This document shows positions 1-11,830 of a stretch of 64,000 nt of DNA, piece by piece. Below the pieces are notes generated by a model, which had not been told where the DNA came from, searched no databases, and saw nothing but the letters and a program-made list of their open reading frames with translations. Within the stretch, counting starts at the first letter, position 1. Each line of letters starts with the position of its first letter. The translations under genes were made by a program, and so were the position numbers. Source of the DNA: a virus (Duplodnaviria; Caudoviricetes); the IMG/VR virus record IMGVR_UViG_3300028628_000004. One strand, 5' to 3'.

Positions 1-121
1 CCAAGAGTAGTTTGATTTCTATAAGTCATATTAGTATTTATATGGGTAATGCCATGTATCCACAATAAATAAAGGAAGAATGTTGTTATAATATAAATAA
101 CATTGATATAGGAGAAATGTT

Positions 122-610
122 ATGACACTGAATGCCAATAGCTACCGTGAAGTACTTCGCAAGAAGCTCAAAGAATCCGATATGGGTCTTCCACAGCCAG
201 CAGTTGCTCCGGTTGCCAAGGAAGCTACATATTCTGGTGTATTAGATTCTCTCAGAGAGAAGCTTTTTGGTCCTATTAATGCTCAAGAGAGTTCATGCGG
301 GGTAGCGACAGAGGACTCCTATCAGGATTCGCCAGAATCCGTTAGTAGCACCGAAGTTATGGGTCCAGAATCAGAAGAAGCTACATTGACCGCCGAGGAT
401 CTTAACGACCTCGCAACCGATACCATTGCAGAAGTCCTCAACTCTGTTAAGGAACTGCGCGATCAAGTTAAGAAAGAGAACCCAAAGAAAGCAGCACTTG
501 TTCGTAGAATATACGATCACTTGCTTAAGGGCAAGGATAAGATAACTGCCGAAATTCTCAAGTCACATGAGGAAGAAAAAACACAGACAGTAGAAAAGCC
601 GTCTGTATAA
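122..610 (+). CDS. hypothetical protein, probably late/virion-internal
   Basis: ORF with AGGAG SD and upstream TATAAATA; acidic, coiled-coil-like. Confidence 0.6.
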   Translation: MTLNANSYREVLRKKLKESDMGLPQPAVAPVAKEATYSGVLDSLREKLFGPINAQESSCGVATEDSYQDSPESVSSTEVMGPESEEATLTAEDLNDLATDTIAEVLNSVKELRDQVKKENPKKAALVRRIYDHLLKGKDKITAEILKSHEEEKTQTVEKPSV

Positions 611-630
611 TAAGTTTCTTGGAGATATAA

Positions 631-954
631 ATGAAACAAAAAGTTATAGTAGAGTGTGATCTACCTAAAGATTACTGTCTTAATAATGGATTTGCAACTA
701 CCCAGTTACCAGTTCTTCGTATGGGTGACTTTTATGCAATAACCAAAGAAAAGAAGCTCGTAAAAAAAATATTACAGGAAAATGGATTTTCTTTCGATGA
801 TATTCCGTCATCAGAATCAGTTGAATTTGACATAAAGCAAAACTTTACTACAGAGATGGGTCTTTGGGAGAGTAGATTTCATGTATCAGTCGTAAATGGA
901 GATGTCAATAACATTTACGAAGTCTCGACCAATTTGATACAAAAAGATTCTTGA
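631..954 (+). CDS. hypothetical protein
   Basis: ORF with GGAG SD. Confidence 0.6.
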   Translation: MKQKVIVECDLPKDYCLNNGFATTQLPVLRMGDFYAITKEKKLVKKILQENGFSFDDIPSSESVEFDIKQNFTTEMGLWESRFHVSVVNGDVNNIYEVSTNLIQKDS

Positions 955-983
955 CTTCTCTGGCACATCTATATGATGTAACC

Positions 984-2189
984 ATGTCACTACACGATTA
1001 CCTTTCTAAGTACTTCTCTTCTGGCTCCGTTGGAGAGTTTGAGGGAGTTTCTGTAAACCTTGTTGACCACTTCTTCGAGAAGTTTGGAGTCAACGTTAAG
1101 AACGAGGGCGACCTCTGGCAGTTTAAGTACGACCAGTTGGCAGCCAAGTTCTCGTTCCCGCTCGTCAAGGAGTGTCGTGGGCATATCTGGCGTTATGATG
1201 GGGCTTGGACTCGCGTATGTACGCCTCCCGACAAGTTCTTCAACCAGCATGAGGGATACTGCCCTATCTTCAACGATGATGAGTTTTCTCAGAAGCTTTC
1301 GGCGCTTTCGGCTATTCGCAAGGAAGACGGAACGGCTATTGCTGTCTGGTACGACTCCGTTCGTTCGGTTTGGCGTGCTTCAACGCTGGGCGCAATCACC
1401 CCCTTCAAGGTTGGTGATTACGAGATTACTTTCGATGCGTTGTTCTGGAAGACGCTGGGAGAAGAGAACAAGAACATCCTTGAGTCGCAGGGCGACAAGA
1501 ATGTTACCTACCTCTTTGAGCTTTGCTGCTTAGAGAACCGTATTGTCACCAAGTACATCACGGATCGTGTGTTCCTCTTGACGGCTCGTAACAACAAGAC
1601 GGGCGTCTATGAGACTCCATCGTGGTGGGATATCTTCAAGGCATACAAGCCTGACTTCTTCCTGCTCGCTGGGGAAGATAACATCAAGACGCTTGATGAC
1701 TTGAAGCGTTGGGTCGATAAGCAGTCGGATGACACGGCTGACGCTGTGTATCGTGAAGGCTTTGTGATTTACGATGGGCTTACCCCTATCGCTAAGTTGA
1801 AGACGGCTCGCTACTTGTCTCTCCACGCTGTTGGTGGAGGCGACATGAAGCACACGAGGAATGTAGTCATTGACTCGTTCTTCGCTGGAACGCTGGATGA
1901 CATTTGGGGCGTCTTGCACCCTCAGATGCAGGAGTTTGCCGAGAAGCTCAAGGATAAGGTCATTAAGTTGACCAACGAGGCGCTTGCGGCTTCCAAGAAC
2001 ATTGATCCTTCGACCATAGCTTCCCAGAAGGACTATGCGTTGTGGGTCAAGGCGAATGTTCCTCCGATGTTCGCTGGATTCTTCTTCCAGAACAAGGAAG
2101 CGGTTCTTGCCAAGAAGGGCATAACCGAGGACTTTACTTGGTGGGTGAAAGCCAACTACAAGAAGTTCGAGGGCGTCTGGAAGGACTGA
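984..2189 (+). CDS. T4 Rnl1-like ATP-dependent RNA ligase
   Basis: Ligase motifs ECRG, KFFN, KEDGT (I), LFE (III), EGFVI (IV), AKLK (V); ATG 984 preferred, 6 nt after TATGAT. Confidence 0.85.
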   Translation: MSLHDYLSKYFSSGSVGEFEGVSVNLVDHFFEKFGVNVKNEGDLWQFKYDQLAAKFSFPLVKECRGHIWRYDGAWTRVCTPPDKFFNQHEGYCPIFNDDEFSQKLSALSAIRKEDGTAIAVWYDSVRSVWRASTLGAITPFKVGDYEITFDALFWKTLGEENKNILESQGDKNVTYLFELCCLENRIVTKYITDRVFLLTARNNKTGVYETPSWWDIFKAYKPDFFLLAGEDNIKTLDDLKRWVDKQSDDTADAVYREGFVIYDGLTPIAKLKTARYLSLHAVGGGDMKHTRNVVIDSFFAGTLDDIWGVLHPQMQEFAEKLKDKVIKLTNEALAASKNIDPSTIASQKDYALWVKANVPPMFAGFFFQNKEAVLAKKGITEDFTWWVKANYKKFEGVWKD

Positions 2190-2236
2190 TATAATACTCC
2201 TACGATTTTATATAAATAGTCGTAGGAGTTTTTATT

Positions 2237-3079
2237 ATGGAACCAGATGCCAACTTTAGAGAGATGATACGTTCGAAGCTTCGTGGATCATTTGGATCGG
2301 AAGCTGGCAAGCAAGGTCTAAAGATGATACCCGAGGTTGATCCGCCAGGACAGAATCCACAACAGGGTGGATCTGGAGTCAACCAAGCCAATGTCGAAAA
2401 GTCTGTAAAGGGACTTTTTCTTTCTTTGGGCAATGTCATCAAGACCAACAATCAAATAGGATCCGGAGTTTCAATCGGTCTGAAAGATAGCGACCTGAAG
2501 AAGATGTCCACTGAAGTGGCTACCGCAGTTGTTAAGGGTGATGTAGATGCCTTCAAGAAGAGTATGACTAATGGCGTTGATGCTATTAATAAAAAAGTCC
2601 TTGATTTTGCTAAAAAGCAACAGGCTCCACAACAGGGAGTTAATCAACCACAGCAAAATCAACAGAATCAGGAAGGACAGCCGGGAGCAGGACCAAATCA
2701 ACCACTCAAGGCAGCGGAAGCCCCGGGAAACGATGTCCAGACTCTTGGTGGTGCCAACCCAGCAGTAATAGATCCTCCTGCTGCTTATGAATCTCCTATT
2801 AGAGAGCGTGAGAATCCTATTTCAGTTTCGGCAATGCAGGGCATCTTGAAGTTCGCTACCCCAACCCAGGTTGGTGACGCAATAAAGGCGATGGACTCTG
2901 ACCAGTTTGCTAAGTTTGCATCTGGCTTACAGAAGGACGCTCTTGATGTGCTGTCCGCTGCGGTTAATAACGAAGGAGGCGGCAAGGCTCCTGAAGCTTC
3001 ACGGGGTGGAAAGCCAGCACCAAATCAAGGTGGTGGCGACAACAACGCTGAAGGCAACCTGAAACTTGGAGAACTATAA
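2237..3079 (+). CDS. hypothetical Q/N/G/P-rich late protein
   Basis: TATAAATA 2211-2218 and AGGAG SD upstream. Confidence 0.65.
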   Translation: MEPDANFREMIRSKLRGSFGSEAGKQGLKMIPEVDPPGQNPQQGGSGVNQANVEKSVKGLFLSLGNVIKTNNQIGSGVSIGLKDSDLKKMSTEVATAVVKGDVDAFKKSMTNGVDAINKKVLDFAKKQQAPQQGVNQPQQNQQNQEGQPGAGPNQPLKAAEAPGNDVQTLGGANPAVIDPPAAYESPIRERENPISVSAMQGILKFATPTQVGDAIKAMDSDQFAKFASGLQKDALDVLSAAVNNEGGGKAPEASRGGKPAPNQGGGDNNAEGNLKLGEL

Positions 3080-3318
3080 TGTCTGACCATATCAAGATTG
3101 CTAAGGGCTGGAAAAAAATATTCGAAGCTGAAATGGGATTGCCGCCAGAAGAACCCGAGATGGTGAGTGTTTCGTTTACCAAGCAAGAGTTGACAGTTCT
3201 GCGCTCTCTTATACAAACGGCTGTTAGCGAGATGACTTCGGACCCTAACAGTGGCATGAAGGGTGTTCCTAAAGAAATATCCGGCGTCATGCAGAAGCTT
3301 GACACTTTCGGACAGTAA
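3079..3318 (+). CDS. hypothetical protein
   Basis: TAATG overlap with previous ORF, GGAG SD. Confidence 0.6.
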   Translation: MSDHIKIAKGWKKIFEAEMGLPPEEPEMVSVSFTKQELTVLRSLIQTAVSEMTSDPNSGMKGVPKEISGVMQKLDTFGQ

Positions 3319-3360
3319 AATAACACTTGCTTTTTGGGTTTCTGTCCTTAGAATGGGGAC

Positions 3361-3810
3361 ATGAAGACCTTATACATATGTGTTGGAATACCCGGGTGTG
3401 GGAAGAGCACTTGGACCGAAAACTTCCTCAAGGATAAGTTGTCGGTAGAAGTTATCAACATGGACAACATCAGGTTTCAGGTAACTGGAAATCACTCGGA
3501 TCAGTCCAAGAATGGATTGGTCGCCGCAAAGGCAATGGAAGCCTTGAAGAAGTCCATGCTGTGTGGAACTAGGGACATTGTATGGGACAACACCACACTT
3601 TCGGTCAAGTACCGCAAGCCGCTGGTAAGTCTTGCCAAGGAGAATGGTTACAATGTCATTGCTGTATTTTTTCAGGTTCCTCTGGAAGTTGCCAAGCAGA
3701 GAAACGCTGCAAGAACCCGCGTAGTTCCCGAGGATGTTCTGGACCGCATGTTCGCAAGCATTGCCCCCCCTTCGCTGGAAGAGGGATTCACCGAGATTAT
3801 AAAGGTCTAA
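3361..3810 (+). CDS. polynucleotide-kinase-like P-loop kinase (AAA_33), no phosphatase domain
   Basis: GIPGCGKST Walker A, DNIR, IVWDNT, RNAARTRVVPEDVLDRM lid motif. Confidence 0.85.
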   Translation: MKTLYICVGIPGCGKSTWTENFLKDKLSVEVINMDNIRFQVTGNHSDQSKNGLVAAKAMEALKKSMLCGTRDIVWDNTTLSVKYRKPLVSLAKENGYNVIAVFFQVPLEVAKQRNAARTRVVPEDVLDRMFASIAPPSLEEGFTEIIKV

Positions 3811-3811
3811 T

Positions 3812-6800
3812 ATGGCTATACCTTCCCATTATTTACCTTCCTATTATGCAAATTGTGGGAGCGTAAGACCAAGTATGACAGGAGTTACCAATACAGGCAT
3901 GGACTATATTGCCACCGTCGAGAAAGAAAATGAGTCGCTTCGACAGAAGCTACTTCATTACAACACTCTACGAGATATCATAGCTACTAGAGTAAATATT
4001 GAAAACATAAGCGTCGGGGAAATGGTAGATCCTTCAAGTTTATGTGATTATATGACTAAGTTGGGGTGGACTCTGAACTACGAAAAGATACACGAGCGGT
4101 ATCTGACCAGATCTTATTACTCACCACATAGAGATACGAAGTGCAAGATTTATGTTAGGGATTTGCGTCCGGATCCAAGAGGTAGGAAGTCAGGAATGCA
4201 CGCTAAAATTGTAGATGCTATCAAGCTTTTGGCTCGTCTCCACAAAAAAGGTGAGTTAGAAGTTATTTACGAGACTATCACTGGTGATATAAAGGAGACT
4301 GCATGTGATGAATCGTCGTGATTGTAATATCGTAAGATTTTATGAATTGAAATATATACAGGAGAAAAAATAATGGGAAGAGTATCTTCTATACATTTCA
4401 ACGCAGCCCCAGGCGTTAAATACATTATAAGAAATACGGAAAATAACCAAGAAAAAGTAGCTAGAACTCTTGGCATTAGAGATTCGCAGTATCAACCAAT
4501 AAGATCAAATAAAGATACTCCGAAAGGAAAAGAATTTTTTAAGATGATGGTGGGTAGCGAATTAGTTACTTTTAATAATAGCTTAAACTTTGATAAGTGT
4601 CTTTCGGTAGATGGAAAGTGGGAGTTTATAGGAAAGCGTCCCGATGGAACAAAAATGAAAAAAAATAGCAAATCCAATTTTCATGATAAAATTGAATTTA
4701 CATCCACAGAATACAAATACATAATGGAGAAAAAATGACTATAACCGAAGAAGATTTTAAAAAGATGTTTGAATTGGTTCGTGAAATACATGTAAATTAT
4801 ACTAAGAATGTAGAAAGGGAAAACGAAGTTCTTAGAAATATGCTTACGGAAGCCCAGCAGAAACTTGATGAGGCTTTGGCTCTGGTGGAAAAGTTGAGAA
4901 AAACCATAGATACCCTGGAAAAAACTAAAAATATTCATGATTTTGTCCGCGATCATCAAGACAATGATTGGACCAAGACTCTGCCAGGATCGGGTCCGTG
5001 GGTTGCGCCAGGACATGGCAGTGGCGTACCAACTTGGCAGATTTATACGACATCAACCTTAACCAATCCAATCTGCACATCAGCTACAAACATGCAGAAT
5101 GAGTATGAAAGGTATATCAAGCATATAAAAGAAGCAAATATGTATAGTAAGGCTGACGAAGATGGATGATTTGTATGTAAAATCTCTCGAAGATGAAAAT
5201 GAAAGGTTAAGAGAGAGTCTTTCATTAGTTCGTCTTGAGTTAGATGAGATTAAAGAAAAAGAAAAAAAGAATTTATTTACTGCTACTACTAATAATGTTA
5301 TGAGTAGTATTACGATTGGATCACCAAAAATAATATCCCCAAATCAATGCTATATTTCGAGTCAATATGATAGTGAGTTTTATATATGTGGAATAAAATT
5401 GACAAAAAAAGATATAGAGTATCTTGTAACAAGTCGTGAAATAATTACAGAAGAATTAGCCAAGGCAAACCTATGGAAAACGATATTGATTCTTTGGAGA
5501 TTGCTCGTCACCAAAAAGAGCTTGAAGAAAGAATAGAAAACCTCCAGGGTCTTCTAGAAAAAGAGTGCTGTGATCACGTTAAAGACAACAAAAGATATCT
5601 TTTGTTGTTTCATCAGCTTCTTAAGGATTTACAAAAGATAGCAAGAATTGAAGTTATTATTAAAAGAGAATCACACGAAGACGAGCCAACCCAAGGAATG
5701 GTTGCTTTTGACAAAAAAGTGATAGAAGATATTATTAAAGAAATCGGTAGATTTCATGATAAGTATTCTGATAAGTCATATGCCTTTTTAAAAGAAATAA
5801 TTCGCAATGAGTGATATAATAAACTCATGCCAATTACATATACTATAACCAAAGATAACACAGTAGATAAGAAGGGAGAATTAGATCCCGAAATCTTTGA
5901 CGAAAATTTTCAAAAAGACACACTTCCTACCATACTTAGCGACCACCCAAATTTTATAAAATGGGTTAATATGCTTTATGGAAGTGGAATAAGCAAGAAA
6001 CCAGAATATAAATTCGCAGATTGTTTTGGAACTTGGCTTGTATTCAAGATAGGCGAAAAGGGAGTATATAGAACATCAGAATTGGCTAATATTTTTGAGT
6101 CACATTATAATGATGAAGCAATAGATTCAGTAATTGGCTTTAATGCGTTGGTTGACTTTCTTCAGCAGGATTGGGATAATGACGAAAAACAATTTATAGA
6201 AACAAACAATATTAGGAATAGCGTAGAGAAGTCAGTGAAGAAGATAAAAAAGATACTTAGAGAAGCCCGAAAGATGAAGAAACAGAAGCTTCCGGATGGC
6301 GAATTCAAAACAAACATCAACAAGGAGAATGCATGACAATTTGGCTTGCTATAGTTACCCACAACGACGTCAAGAGTTATAACGAATACCATATTAGATA
6401 CGAAGGTCACACTTCTGTTGACGATGCAAAGAAGGAAATCCTTGAGGTTCGCCGTAGATTAATAAAAGACGAAAAGGCTCCCCTTGATTGTTATGTTTAC
6501 GAGGCTTCTGAACCATTGTATGGTTACACACCTTATAACCTTGATGACATTGATTTTAACTTTTATCGCGAACTGACTCCCGAGGAAAAGGCAAGAAAGA
6601 AATCAGTAGAAAAAGAACTAGAAGAAAAGATGAATGTCTAATGACCTCCAAAACTATATTAAAGATATTGAGAAGCAAAACGAAGCTTTGAAGTTATCGT
6701 TAGAGCATTATGCTAAGATAGCAGGAGCATCGTATCAGATATATGTCGTTGACCCGACTATCGACGCAATAGACTTTGCGAAAATAATACAATATTATAT

Positions 6801-7110
6801 AGACGCTGGTTGGGAACTAATGCCCAAAAGAAAAGTCGATGAAACAAAAAGGAGATGGGAGTATTTTTGTTTACCTGAGAGACTTCAATCTAAGATAGAA
6901 AACACTAAGCTAAATCCAAGTTCGGTGTATAAGCAACCCTTCAGATTCCCATATAGACCAAGGGGCAAAACTATGTTACAGAAGTATGGGGTTGAATATA
7001 TTGAGGCTATTAATAAGTTTAATATTATGTTAAATACACAAGCCATTATAGAGGGAAGACTTCCGCTTGATATATACGATCAGTGGGTTACAGAATATTC
7101 CTTTGCTTGA
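3812..7110 (+). CDS. run of 8 small hypothetical genes (3812-4321, 4373-4738, 4735-5169, 5162-5536, 5473-5814, 5827-6336, 6333-6641, 6634-7110)
   Basis: Tightly packed co-directional ORFs; several share an N-terminal coiled-coil motif. Confidence 0.6.
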
Positions 7111-7151
7111 TTTACAAAATATAATCCGTATAATGGTTTATAGAGGTAACT

Positions 7152-7688
7152 ATGAACTACTTAGCAGGCAAATCCGTGTATCTTGCGGGACCGATGTTCG
7201 CATGTAATGATGATGGTGCGGGGTGGCGAGATACTATAACACCAAAACTTGTCTCTTACGGGATTAGCGTAGAAAATCCAGTAAAGAAGACTTTACCAAA
7301 TGGAATGGGTGAAGTAGAAGACGATAAGAAGTTGTTTATTCAGCTTATTAAAGAAAACAAGTTCGATGAGTTGAAAAAGATATTCGAGCCAATCGGTAGA
7401 AAAGATTTGCGATGTGTTGACAAGGCAGACTTTATTATAGCGTCCTACACAAGCCATGTCCATATGTTTGGGACTATACATGAACTTATTCAAGCTCATG
7501 ATCAGAGAAAGCCAATACTTCTGTATATAGACAAGACATGTGTTGCCGATGGAACTCTGAACCCGTGGCTTACCATTATAACCAAACCTTCCTGCTGGTT
7601 CTTTGATTGGGATGCTCTTCTTCATCATCTTGATTGTGTTGATAAAAAGATACATCCTTATTTCAATGAGAAATATTGGACTATTTAA
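7152..7688 (+). CDS. nucleoside 2-deoxyribosyltransferase / NMP glycosidase-like protein
   Basis: VYLAGPMF, NP, DLRCVDKAD, GTIHEL, RKPI motifs. Confidence 0.75.
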   Translation: MNYLAGKSVYLAGPMFACNDDGAGWRDTITPKLVSYGISVENPVKKTLPNGMGEVEDDKKLFIQLIKENKFDELKKIFEPIGRKDLRCVDKADFIIASYTSHVHMFGTIHELIQAHDQRKPILLYIDKTCVADGTLNPWLTIITKPSCWFFDWDALLHHLDCVDKKIHPYFNEKYWTI

Positions 7689-7720
7689 AATAATAATCAT
7701 TTACTATTAAAGGAATATTA

Positions 7721-8152
7721 ATGAAAAAAAGCAAAATAGAAGTCACCAAACCAGAGCCATTTAGACAAATAGTAAAAGGATACTTAGTAGTTAAAGACAG
7801 CGGTCCTATATTATTAACTACTGAATCAGATAATGCCGTAGCCTGCTTTAAAAAATGCAAAGAAAAAGATTCCAACGCCTTTATTATGGATTTTACTACA
7901 CATGTTGAAAGATTTAAGGAGATTGGTAAGAATTTATTTAATCCCATTCCACAACAATATACTCATAATTTTTTAGAGTATCGAAATAAGATTATAAAGG
8001 AATGGCAAGATAGTGTTGATAAAATAAGTAAATGTAACCCAAAAATTGTATGGGAAAAAATAGCAGTAAAGTATGATTTACCACATAACTCTGCTACGGA
8101 GTTTAACCAGTGGTCTTTAGACCACCTTAAATATCATAAAAGGATCATTTAA
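7721..8152 (+). CDS. hypothetical protein
   Basis: ORF with AAGGA SD. Confidence 0.55.
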   Translation: MKKSKIEVTKPEPFRQIVKGYLVVKDSGPILLTTESDNAVACFKKCKEKDSNAFIMDFTTHVERFKEIGKNLFNPIPQQYTHNFLEYRNKIIKEWQDSVDKISKCNPKIVWEKIAVKYDLPHNSATEFNQWSLDHLKYHKRII

Positions 8153-8571
8153 TGGCTAGTGCGGAAGCATGGCACCAACATTGGATTGGCTTAGCTATTA
8201 AAACGGCTGAGCTATCAAAAGACCCTTCTACCAAAGTTGGCGCTGTTATTGTTACAAAAAATAACAAGCAATGTTCGGTTGGTTATAATGGTCCACCGAG
8301 TGGGTTTGATGATACTGAAACTGATTGGAACGACCGATCAATAAAATATGAAATGGTAATCCATGCCGAAGAAAATGCTATTTTAAATTGCCCGTTTCCC
8401 AAAGAGGGATGCAGAATATACGTTACTCATAAACCTTGCCACAAATGTATGGTCCGAATTATGCAGGTTGGAATTCGCGAGGTTTACTGGAGGCTAGACT
8501 ATGATAGAATATCGTGCGACAATATATGGCACCGTGTAGCTAATAAACTTGATATCGTTAAGAAGATTTAA
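8152..8571 (+). CDS. dCMP deaminase
   Basis: SKDPSTKVGAVIV, GYNG, HAEENAI, PCHKC zinc motifs. Confidence 0.92.
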   Translation: MASAEAWHQHWIGLAIKTAELSKDPSTKVGAVIVTKNNKQCSVGYNGPPSGFDDTETDWNDRSIKYEMVIHAEENAILNCPFPKEGCRIYVTHKPCHKCMVRIMQVGIREVYWRLDYDRISCDNIWHRVANKLDIVKKI

Positions 8572-9100
8572 GAAGATTCTTTTTGAACATCCTCTTTAAA
8601 GATTCAAGACTAAAATTAGGAGTTTCCATAGATCCAGATGGAAATAATTTCTGTCGTATCATATCTCTTGTGTTGGCTTGCTCATCGTCAAACTCTCCGC
8701 TATTATACGAATCAAGTAATTGAGTGTAGGTAAAAGATCTATTATCTTTATTTCTTATATCATGGAGGTTGATTCTTGTAAATGGACCCATGTCATCGCC
8801 AAACTTTTTTATAATCTTAGATACTACAAGTGACATGTTTCCGGAAAATTCGCAAGTCCACGAAGAATTAACTATCCTTATACGAACCCACCCTGCATCA
8901 AAAGCCTTATTAAGAAGCACTGCCCTGCTGTCAGTTTTTTTAGTTCCTTGAGGGTTATACGCCTTCTTAGATATTATTGACAAAACTTCTTTTTTTGATA
9001 TACCAAATAATTCTGGTTTATCTATTATAGTCTGACCGTGGTCGCTTGTAACAATTATCTTTCCGCTCTTGCTATTCATCCAATATCCGTTATAATCCAT
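8558..9100 (-). CDS. hypothetical protein, paralogue of 9139-9513
   Basis: TATAAATA and GAGGG upstream on minus strand; GWVRIR motif. Confidence 0.65.
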   Translation of the reverse strand: MDYNGYWMNSKSGKIIVTSDHGQTIIDKPELFGISKKEVLSIISKKAYNPQGTKKTDSRAVLLNKAFDAGWVRIRIVNSSWTCEFSGNMSLVVSKIIKKFGDDMGPFTRINLHDIRNKDNRSFTYTQLLDSYNSGEFDDEQANTRDMIRQKLFPSGSMETPNFSLESLKRMFKKNLLKSS

Positions 9101-9138
9101 GTGTATACCCTCTACACTATTTATAGGAAATATACTTT

Positions 9139-9513
9139 ATGCCATTGGGAGACGGTTACTTTTACGATAGAAGGAAAAGAAAGCTAATAAGAATATTTGA
9201 GCATGCAACCGATTCAACGCAAAGACCGGAGGTTTTCAGGTCTAAAAAGGTGGCTCATCTTAATCCAGTTATTAATAGGGACGAAATAGTTATATATACT
9301 CTTAAGCAGGGATTTATACGTATTCGCTACTGGAAAGGTGATCTTGGGTTTCAATTTTGGGGAAATGCCAAAGATGCCAAGAATACTCTTATTTGGTTCG
9401 CCAAGAAAACGGGAGTTGGGGATTATTGTCACGTAACATTTACCAACTTTAAAACAAAGAAATCCTATGAATTTAACTTTAAGGATTTGAACCTTGTCTT
9501 GGGCAGGGTCTAG
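9139..9513 (+). CDS. hypothetical protein, paralogue of 8558-9100
   Basis: GFIRIR motif, collinear similarity to neighbour. Confidence 0.65.
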   Translation: MPLGDGYFYDRRKRKLIRIFEHATDSTQRPEVFRSKKVAHLNPVINRDEIVIYTLKQGFIRIRYWKGDLGFQFWGNAKDAKNTLIWFAKKTGVGDYCHVTFTNFKTKKSYEFNFKDLNLVLGRV

Positions 9514-9527
9514 GATAAATATGTTAT

Positions 9528-11813
9528 ATGAGCGACCTACCTTTAAGTAATAAGGTTTTTCATATTACTGACATAGATGAGTTTATTTCATCTATTAGAA
9601 TGGAATGTGTTAAAGATATTCTTAGCGGATTATCGACTACTTTTTATAAGACACCCGGCAAATTTAAAAAAATACTGGATAAAGATGAAATTGTCGAGTC
9701 TCTTCTTCCATCGTCAGTTATTGAAGCAGAAATAGAAAAATATATATTTTCAACAACATTGCACGAGGATGATGTTTTTATAAGACCGGAGCATATTGAT
9801 ATTATAATAAGGGATGTAACCATAGATACTTTTGATTCTGTGATGATGAAATTAGCGGACTATGGTATTTTGGAAATCTGTTGGTACAAAGAAGATTTTA
9901 TGTGGCGTATAAAACCACTAAAAGCGGTATAATACAAAAATGAAAATAACAAGATCATCAGAAACTCTGGCGGGAACTACTGTATTGGTAGAGGACGACA
10001 CATATTGTCTTACACTATACAAAGTCGGTAACTGTTTTTCTGATTCTATAAGCGAGATAATCATTGAGTTACCAGAATACGACATAGATAATGTTTCTGA
10101 TATCGACGCAGAAAAAATGTTCAATCTTGCTAAGAGACAATATGAAGATATGAAAAGCATTTTAGATTCGGATGAGTTATAGTATGAATAAATCCGAAGC
10201 AATATTGAAGATAACAGATAAGAGAGCATTTCTCATAGATATTAAGAAAGATGTCATATCGACTTTTTTATCCTCCTTTTCTGAGTCTCAAGATTTTGTT
10301 GGAGTTTATGATGATTCATTATTGACAATGGAGCTAATGGAATTCTGGCTTTCTCATTTTTGTATAATAAGAAACAATGACGAGTTCTATATTTTATTAA
10401 AAGAGAGGGACAGGCTGCGTCTTTGCTTATATAAGGAACTATGCGAAAAGATACTGAATAAGCTGGTTGACGCTGGAATTTTAATGATGATGTGGGATAA
10501 TAAGAAGAAAAGAATATTCTGGAAAAAGAAAGAAATGTCCAAGAGCATTCAAAACGTATAAATAGAAGTATGGGATTTAAGAAATTTTATAATAACTGGC
10601 AAGAGTCTTCGCCACAAAAGACAGAGGAACAACTATTCTTTGAGGTTGTGTCTGTTAGAGTCCCTTCGGTTAATTCTTTTATTGCATGGTTAGCCTTGAA
10701 TAAGCATATTAAACCATATATAAAGTATACTAATCGCAAGCCTTTACCAGTATTTGAGCTACCAGAGAATCAGAAAATTCTTTACATTGTTAAAAAGGTG
10801 CCTAAAATAAAAGAACTTGCACAAGAGTTTTCTTTTAAGTTTAAACCACCCGAATACCTAAACGACTAAAATGCTTATAACAATATTGATATCTTCACTT
10901 GCCGCGCTAATACTAGCCACATTTGCGTGGATTGGTATAGGTCATTATAAGTTATTTAGTGAGGATGAAGATAAAGATAAAACCGCATTTACTCTTAGAT
11001 TTTTCATATCGTTAGTTTTATTGGTTTTATTAGTTTGTAATGCTATAATGGTGTTTAACACAATCACCAAGGATAGTACCAATACCAATGTTCTGGAATC
11101 GGAAGAAAAAAGATAAGATAGTCGAAAAGACGCAAAAAGAACTTATACGCGAAAAGTTAGCCAATATAGCGTATACTGCTGATGCGGAAAGGCAGCTAGA
11201 AATAAATGTCCACGATTCATACTCATTAGTATGTTTCGTAAACGAAGATTTTCCCGAAGAGAAACAGGCTTTACATGCCACCGAAGCAGCAAGCGATTTT
11301 ATATACTACGCATCGAATAAAAATGAAACTATTCAATGGATGGATAGGCAAAAGTTGACAGGTAAAAGAGACAAGATAATAATATATAAGATTCCTGCCG
11401 AACATATGCAGGAGTTATATGCTACCCATGTAAAGAGTAGAAGAGAAGGTAAGTTTTCACCATTTAAAACAATATCTGTTATAATACACAACGGAAAGGC
11501 TTATCCAGTTGCATTCTGTCTGGGATTTTTGTGGGGGTCACAGACGGCGAGTTACAATGATTACCCATCAACAAGAATATAGGAAAAAAATATGGCAAAA
11601 TACGGAGAAAATGGTGCTTTTTACACAACCGACGATCTTATTCGCATGTCTAGACTTGAAAGTTTCGGTCAATATAGTGCGATGCTTGAGAGAGTTTTCG
11701 TTAAGTTAAAAGCGTATGAGAGTGAAAATAAGCAGCTAAAAACTCTTGTAAATCAACTCAAGTTAGAACTAGAGGAAAAGACCGAAGGACAGGTTGTTGA
11801 TAAACTTTTGTAA
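9528..11813 (+). CDS. run of 7 small hypothetical genes (9528-9932, 9940-10182, 10172-10561, 10570-10869, 10871-11116 with two TM segments, 11088-11582, 11592-11813)
   Basis: Packed co-directional ORFs. Confidence 0.6.
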
Positions 11814-11830
11814 GTGGGTATAATAGAGAT

